Positions 16,738 to 19,738 of a stretch of 19,738 bases of DNA are shown here, piece after piece (position 1 is the stretch's first letter; each line of letters begins with the position of its first letter). The notes under the pieces are model-generated. The model worked only from the letters and a program-made list of their open reading frames with translations, had not been told where the DNA came from and searched no databases. Origin of the DNA: Candidatus Acetothermia bacterium (lineage in GTDB: Bacteria; Bipolaricaulota; Bipolaricaulia; M55B111); the NCBI GenBank assembly GCA_046543235.1, contig JBKGZT010000024.1, positions 1-19,738 on the forward strand. Reading direction: 5' to 3'. The position numbers were made by a program, and so were the translations under genes.

Positions 16738-17196
16738 TTGAACACTTTTAGCAGGAAAACTCTGTCAGTACTGACGCTCTTTCTTGTAGTGCTATTTGCT
16801 GGCTCTCTGGCAGTTACGGCTCAGGAGGAGCCCGTAGTTGGCGCAGTGGACGAATTTCTAAACGATGTCCACGAGGAGGGCTTTTACCTGGCGGACCAGG
16901 AGGAGGTCAATAAACAGCGGAAGGTAAGACCGAACCTCTTTATCCTGGACGTAAGGACTCCGGGCGAAGTAGAGGAAGGAACCGTCCCCGGAGCCACGAC
17001 CATCAGGCTCAGTGAACTCGCACGGAGCCTGGACGAACTGCCCGAGGACAAGGACACCACCATGTACGTTTACTGCAAGGGCGGGGACAGAGCAGCCTAC
17101 GCAGTTGCTATTCTCCATACTCTCGGATACACTGAGGCATACAGCATGGGCGGCTTCGTCGACTGGAAGGAAGCCGGCTACCCGGTAGAAGAATAA
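16738..17196 (+). CDS. Exported single-domain rhodanese / polysulfide sulfurtransferase (Sud-like)
   Basis: TTG start behind GGAGGTG, Sec-type signal peptide (..SLAVTA-QE), ILDVRTPGE, active-site loop YCKGGDRA and GGFVDWKEAGYPV. Confidence 0.85.
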   Translation: MNTFSRKTLSVLTLFLVVLFAGSLAVTAQEEPVVGAVDEFLNDVHEEGFYLADQEEVNKQRKVRPNLFILDVRTPGEVEEGTVPGATTIRLSELARSLDELPEDKDTTMYVYCKGGDRAAYAVAILHTLGYTEAYSMGGFVDWKEAGYPVEE

Positions 17197-17213
17197 TACG
17201 ATTCAAGGATTAA

Positions 17214-17249
17214 AAGAAAAAGGCTCCCGGAAACGGGAGCCTTTTTCTT
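17214..17249. terminator. Bidirectional rho-independent terminator between the convergent psr and aor operons
   Basis: Perfect 16-bp inverted repeat AAGAAAAAGGCTCCCG-GAAA-CGGGAGCCTTTTTCTT with a GNRA loop and U-tracts on both strands. Confidence 0.92.
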
Positions 17250-17260
17250 ATTACTTCCTT

Positions 17261-17542
17261 TTACTTCTTTTCTTCGAAGTACCAGCTATACAACAACCCC
17301 ATATCTGACGGGAATAAGGCAACTCTATTACCGTCTTTTAACTCACGGTTAAGAGAAGAATACTCTCCATCGACGAACACGTGACTAACGCCTTCTCCTT
17401 CCAGTTCAAAATCCGCCAGCAGATCCTCTATACTCGAACCTTGTTCCAGTTTTAGATCAAGTAGTCCGACGGAGGAACTGACCTTATCCAGCTCAGGAGC
17501 GAGGTCCCTGAAATCACCGTAGAGCCTGACAGAAACTTCCAT
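17261..17542 (-). CDS. MoaD/ThiS-like beta-grasp protein without a C-terminal Gly-Gly
   Basis: MEVSVRLYGDFRD...SIEDLL...VFVDG...LKDGNRVALFP pattern, ending ...FPSDMGLLYSWYFEEKK. The ATG at 17542 follows GGAGGA and the stop of the upstream moaD. Confidence 0.7.
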   Translation of the reverse strand: MEVSVRLYGDFRDLAPELDKVSSSVGLLDLKLEQGSSIEDLLADFELEGEGVSHVFVDGEYSSLNRELKDGNRVALFPSDMGLLYSWYFEEKK

Positions 17543-17543
17543 C

Positions 17544-17825
17544 TTATCCTCCACCTATTGGTGGGAATATGGCAACGTTATCGCTTTCTTCCAGCTCCGT
17601 ATCGTTTCCGGAGAGAAAGCTTATATTTCTCCCGTTTACCATTACAGTTACCCCGCTTTTTAACTCGGGCTCCGGTCCGTTCTCCTCCAGGATCGAGTTC
17701 CCCAGCTCTTCATACTTATCTGCCAGCTTATTCAACAGTTCTCCTGCCGTATTTGCCTCAACTTCAGTCGCTGAGTCACCGGCTTTATCCCTGAAAGTAG
17801 CGAAGAACTTTACTTTAACTCCCAT
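17544..17825 (-). CDS. moaD: MoaD/SAMP-type ubiquitin-like sulfur carrier
   Basis: VKVKFFATFRD, VMVNGRNI, DTEL and C-terminal AIFPPIGGG. Confidence 0.88.
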   Translation of the reverse strand: MGVKVKFFATFRDKAGDSATEVEANTAGELLNKLADKYEELGNSILEENGPEPELKSGVTVMVNGRNISFLSGNDTELEESDNVAIFPPIGGG

Positions 17826-17839
17826 CAGTTACCCTGCTT

Positions 17840-19591
17840 TTAGGATTCTTCCATGCCCAGCCCACCAAATACCTTGTCCAGTTCTTCATCGGAAACGTCA
17901 AATACGTCGTTATGAGGGGGGAGTTCCTCTTCCCGCATGAACTCCGGCAGTCTGTCGTCTTCCTTGGTGAATCCAGCCCTTGAATTGAATTTCCTCTCCG
18001 TTTCTATGATGTTCTTTCCTATCTCCGGTATATCGTCTACCGTAAGATCAGCACCGAGGACTCCATTTACTTCCTCGACCATACCTTCCAGGCCTTCGGG
18101 GATGTCAAGTACTGCAAAAGCAGTAAATAGACAATGACCGGTGGTGTCAATCACTGCGGTGCTGTACTGCAGGTTCCGCGACATTTCGGCCTTTTCCGGA
18201 TCGAGCGGATCGGCATCTCCTCCGACACCCATTATTTCCGGAGCTATTGCGTAACCGGCTGTATGGTCCGCCCCCATCGGAGTCGTCGCATACGTCGTTC
18301 CGATACCCTTGATCGCTCTCGGGTCGTATGCCGGCATCGCCTGACCCTTGACAGTTGGAATCCTTTCCACTCCGAATGCATTCCCGGTGAACTCCGTACC
18401 ATTGACGAGAATTCTTCCCAGAGGAGTTCCTTCCCGAACTTCATTCATCAGTTCCAGGGCGCCTTCTTCGTCTCCGAATTCCTTAACTCCTCCTTCCATG
18501 GCAACCGCGATCGTGTTACCGGTTTCGATAGTATCCATACCGAGGTCGTTGCACTCCCAGTTTAACTCCCCGATGGTATCCAGGTCGTAGATACCGGAAT
18601 TCGGGCCGAGTGCCCAGACGGATTCGTACTCGAGAACGCCGACCTCCTCTCCGTCTTCGTTTTCCCAGATTTCCGAACAGCCGATCAGACAGCCCGGACT
18701 ACACCTATGGGGGTTTTCTCCGCCCCTCTCCTTGATCTCTTCGGCCTTCTTTTCACCGGAAACCCGGGCCGATCTATCGTCTGATCCTCGGGAGAAGTTG
18801 TCCTGTGGCAGACCTCCGGACTCGTTGATTATATTTATCAGCACGTTAGTCCCGTAGCTATTCAATGCCCCGCCGGGTTTTGTCACGTCGTGTTCGGTGA
18901 GCGCATCGGCTAGCTTCTTTTTCCCGCGATCGAAAGTCTCTTCGTCCTCTATCTCCACACCGTTCGCTCCTTCGTCATCAACCAGTACAAACTTAAGGCC
19001 GCGAGAAGCCATGACTGCTCCAAGTCCGCCTCTACCGGCGTATCTGCTGGGTTTTCCTTCCATATCGTTGAAAGCGATGCCGGAATTGGAACCGGCCAGT
19101 TCGGCCGCAATACCGGCGCCACAGACACCGAGGTCTTCGCCAAACTCTTTCTCAATTCCCTCGAATGCCTCGTAGAGTCCTATTCCGCTCCATGGGTCGG
19201 CGTCAAGAAGTTCCGCCCCGTCATCGGTTAGTTTCAAGCATTTATATCCTTCACCTTCGGTCCGTCCCTCCACCACGATCGCGGCCACGTTTAACCTCGC
19301 CAGTTTCTGAGCAAAACTAGTTCCGGCATTCGCCTCCTTTATTCCACCAGTAAGGGGCGACTTTCCGCCGACCGAAATCCTTCCCGAAGTAGGGGCGCTG
19401 GTTCCGGTCACGATTCCCGGAGCAAAAACTAGCTTGTTATGTGGTCCCAGCGGATTCGAGGTCGGTGGAACCTCGTCCGCGATAATGCTGGACGTTAGAC
19501 CTCTCCCGCCAAGCGCGCGATAATCTTCCGGTAGATCTTCAAATGAAAGTTCTTCCTTTGCCATATTGACACGAAGTAACTGTCGAGCCAT
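17840..19591 (-). CDS. aor: Aldehyde:ferredoxin oxidoreductase family (tungsten oxidoreductase)
   Basis: LGGRGL, KSPLTGGIKEANAG, AGRGGLGAVM, Fe-S Cys CSPGCLIGC plus GHCLF, LEYES, GMDTIE, VKGQAMPAYDPR, GADH and DDRLP. The real start is the ATG at 19591 behind AGGAGGT. Confidence 0.92.
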   Translation of the reverse strand: MARQLLRVNMAKEELSFEDLPEDYRALGGRGLTSSIIADEVPPTSNPLGPHNKLVFAPGIVTGTSAPTSGRISVGGKSPLTGGIKEANAGTSFAQKLARLNVAAIVVEGRTEGEGYKCLKLTDDGAELLDADPWSGIGLYEAFEGIEKEFGEDLGVCGAGIAAELAGSNSGIAFNDMEGKPSRYAGRGGLGAVMASRGLKFVLVDDEGANGVEIEDEETFDRGKKKLADALTEHDVTKPGGALNSYGTNVLINIINESGGLPQDNFSRGSDDRSARVSGEKKAEEIKERGGENPHRCSPGCLIGCSEIWENEDGEEVGVLEYESVWALGPNSGIYDLDTIGELNWECNDLGMDTIETGNTIAVAMEGGVKEFGDEEGALELMNEVREGTPLGRILVNGTEFTGNAFGVERIPTVKGQAMPAYDPRAIKGIGTTYATTPMGADHTAGYAIAPEIMGVGGDADPLDPEKAEMSRNLQYSTAVIDTTGHCLFTAFAVLDIPEGLEGMVEEVNGVLGADLTVDDIPEIGKNIIETERKFNSRAGFTKEDDRLPEFMREEELPPHNDVFDVSDEELDKVFGGLGMEES

Positions 19592-19648
19592 CCTGCCACC
19601 TCCTGTTTTGAGTATTGTAAGCGAATTGGCCGAACATCGCAAAAGAAC

Positions 19649-19666
19649 TTGTGATTTAAATAACTT
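19649..19666. promoter_or_regulatory. Possible Rex-like operator upstream of aor
   Basis: TTGTGATTTAAATAACTT is 18 bp with a symmetric core GTGATTTAAATAAC. The left arm is close to the Rex consensus and the right arm is degenerate. Confidence 0.4.
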
Positions 19667-19738
19667 TTTCTACACTGCTTTACTCCCACTTTTATTTGCA
19701 ATCCTTTGGACCCTGGTTATACTTACTTTAGTAAATTA

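Noticed and set aside
21-19175. Numerous alternative-frame and antisense ORFs in the track (e.g. 21-437, 3637-4365, 4850-5323, 8996-9475, 14859-15239, 17569-17940, 18134-18565)
   Set aside because: They overlap well-supported genes almost entirely and carry no recognisable motifs, so they are treated as shadow ORFs.
19592-19642. ORF-track upstream start of aor at 19642
   Set aside because: The ATG at 19591 is preceded by AGGAGGT and matches typical AOR N-termini.
1-19738. CRISPR arrays, IS elements, integrases, tRNA/rRNA genes
   Set aside because: I found no regularly spaced repeats, transposase or integrase motifs, terminal inverted repeats or cloverleaf-like sequences.

Overview
A bacterial anaerobic energy-metabolism region with no mobile elements, CRISPR array or RNA genes. 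Many soluble proteins are visibly rich in Asp/Glu, which suggests a halophile (inference). From left to right: (1) A minus-strand operon driven by a consensus sigma-70 promoter at 7316-7343. It encodes a six-subunit complex intermediate between Rnf and Na+-NQR, in which the first subunit is NqrA-like but keeps two RnfC-type [4Fe-4S] motifs, followed by NqrB/C/D/E and a short NqrF, with no RnfB. It continues with menA, a CPBP intramembrane protease and the start of a twin-arginine (Tat) protein running off the left edge. (2) menG/ubiE and a polyprenyl diphosphate synthase, divergent from a B12-binding radical SAM gene of unknown function. (3) The NADH sensor rex, with a Rex box upstream. (4) A Rex-boxed operon with a TorD/DmsD chaperone, PsrABC-type polysulfide/thiosulfate reductase and an exported rhodanese, ending at a perfect bidirectional terminator. 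(5) A convergent aldehyde:ferredoxin oxidoreductase operon with two ubiquitin-fold proteins, one lacking the C-terminal GG. The most interesting reading is a self-contained, Rex-controlled NADH to (methyl)menaquinone to polysulfide respiratory module. In that reading the orphan B12 radical SAM enzyme is a candidate quinone-modifying enzyme and the NQR is an evolutionary intermediate. All family assignments come from motif recognition only; no searches were run.
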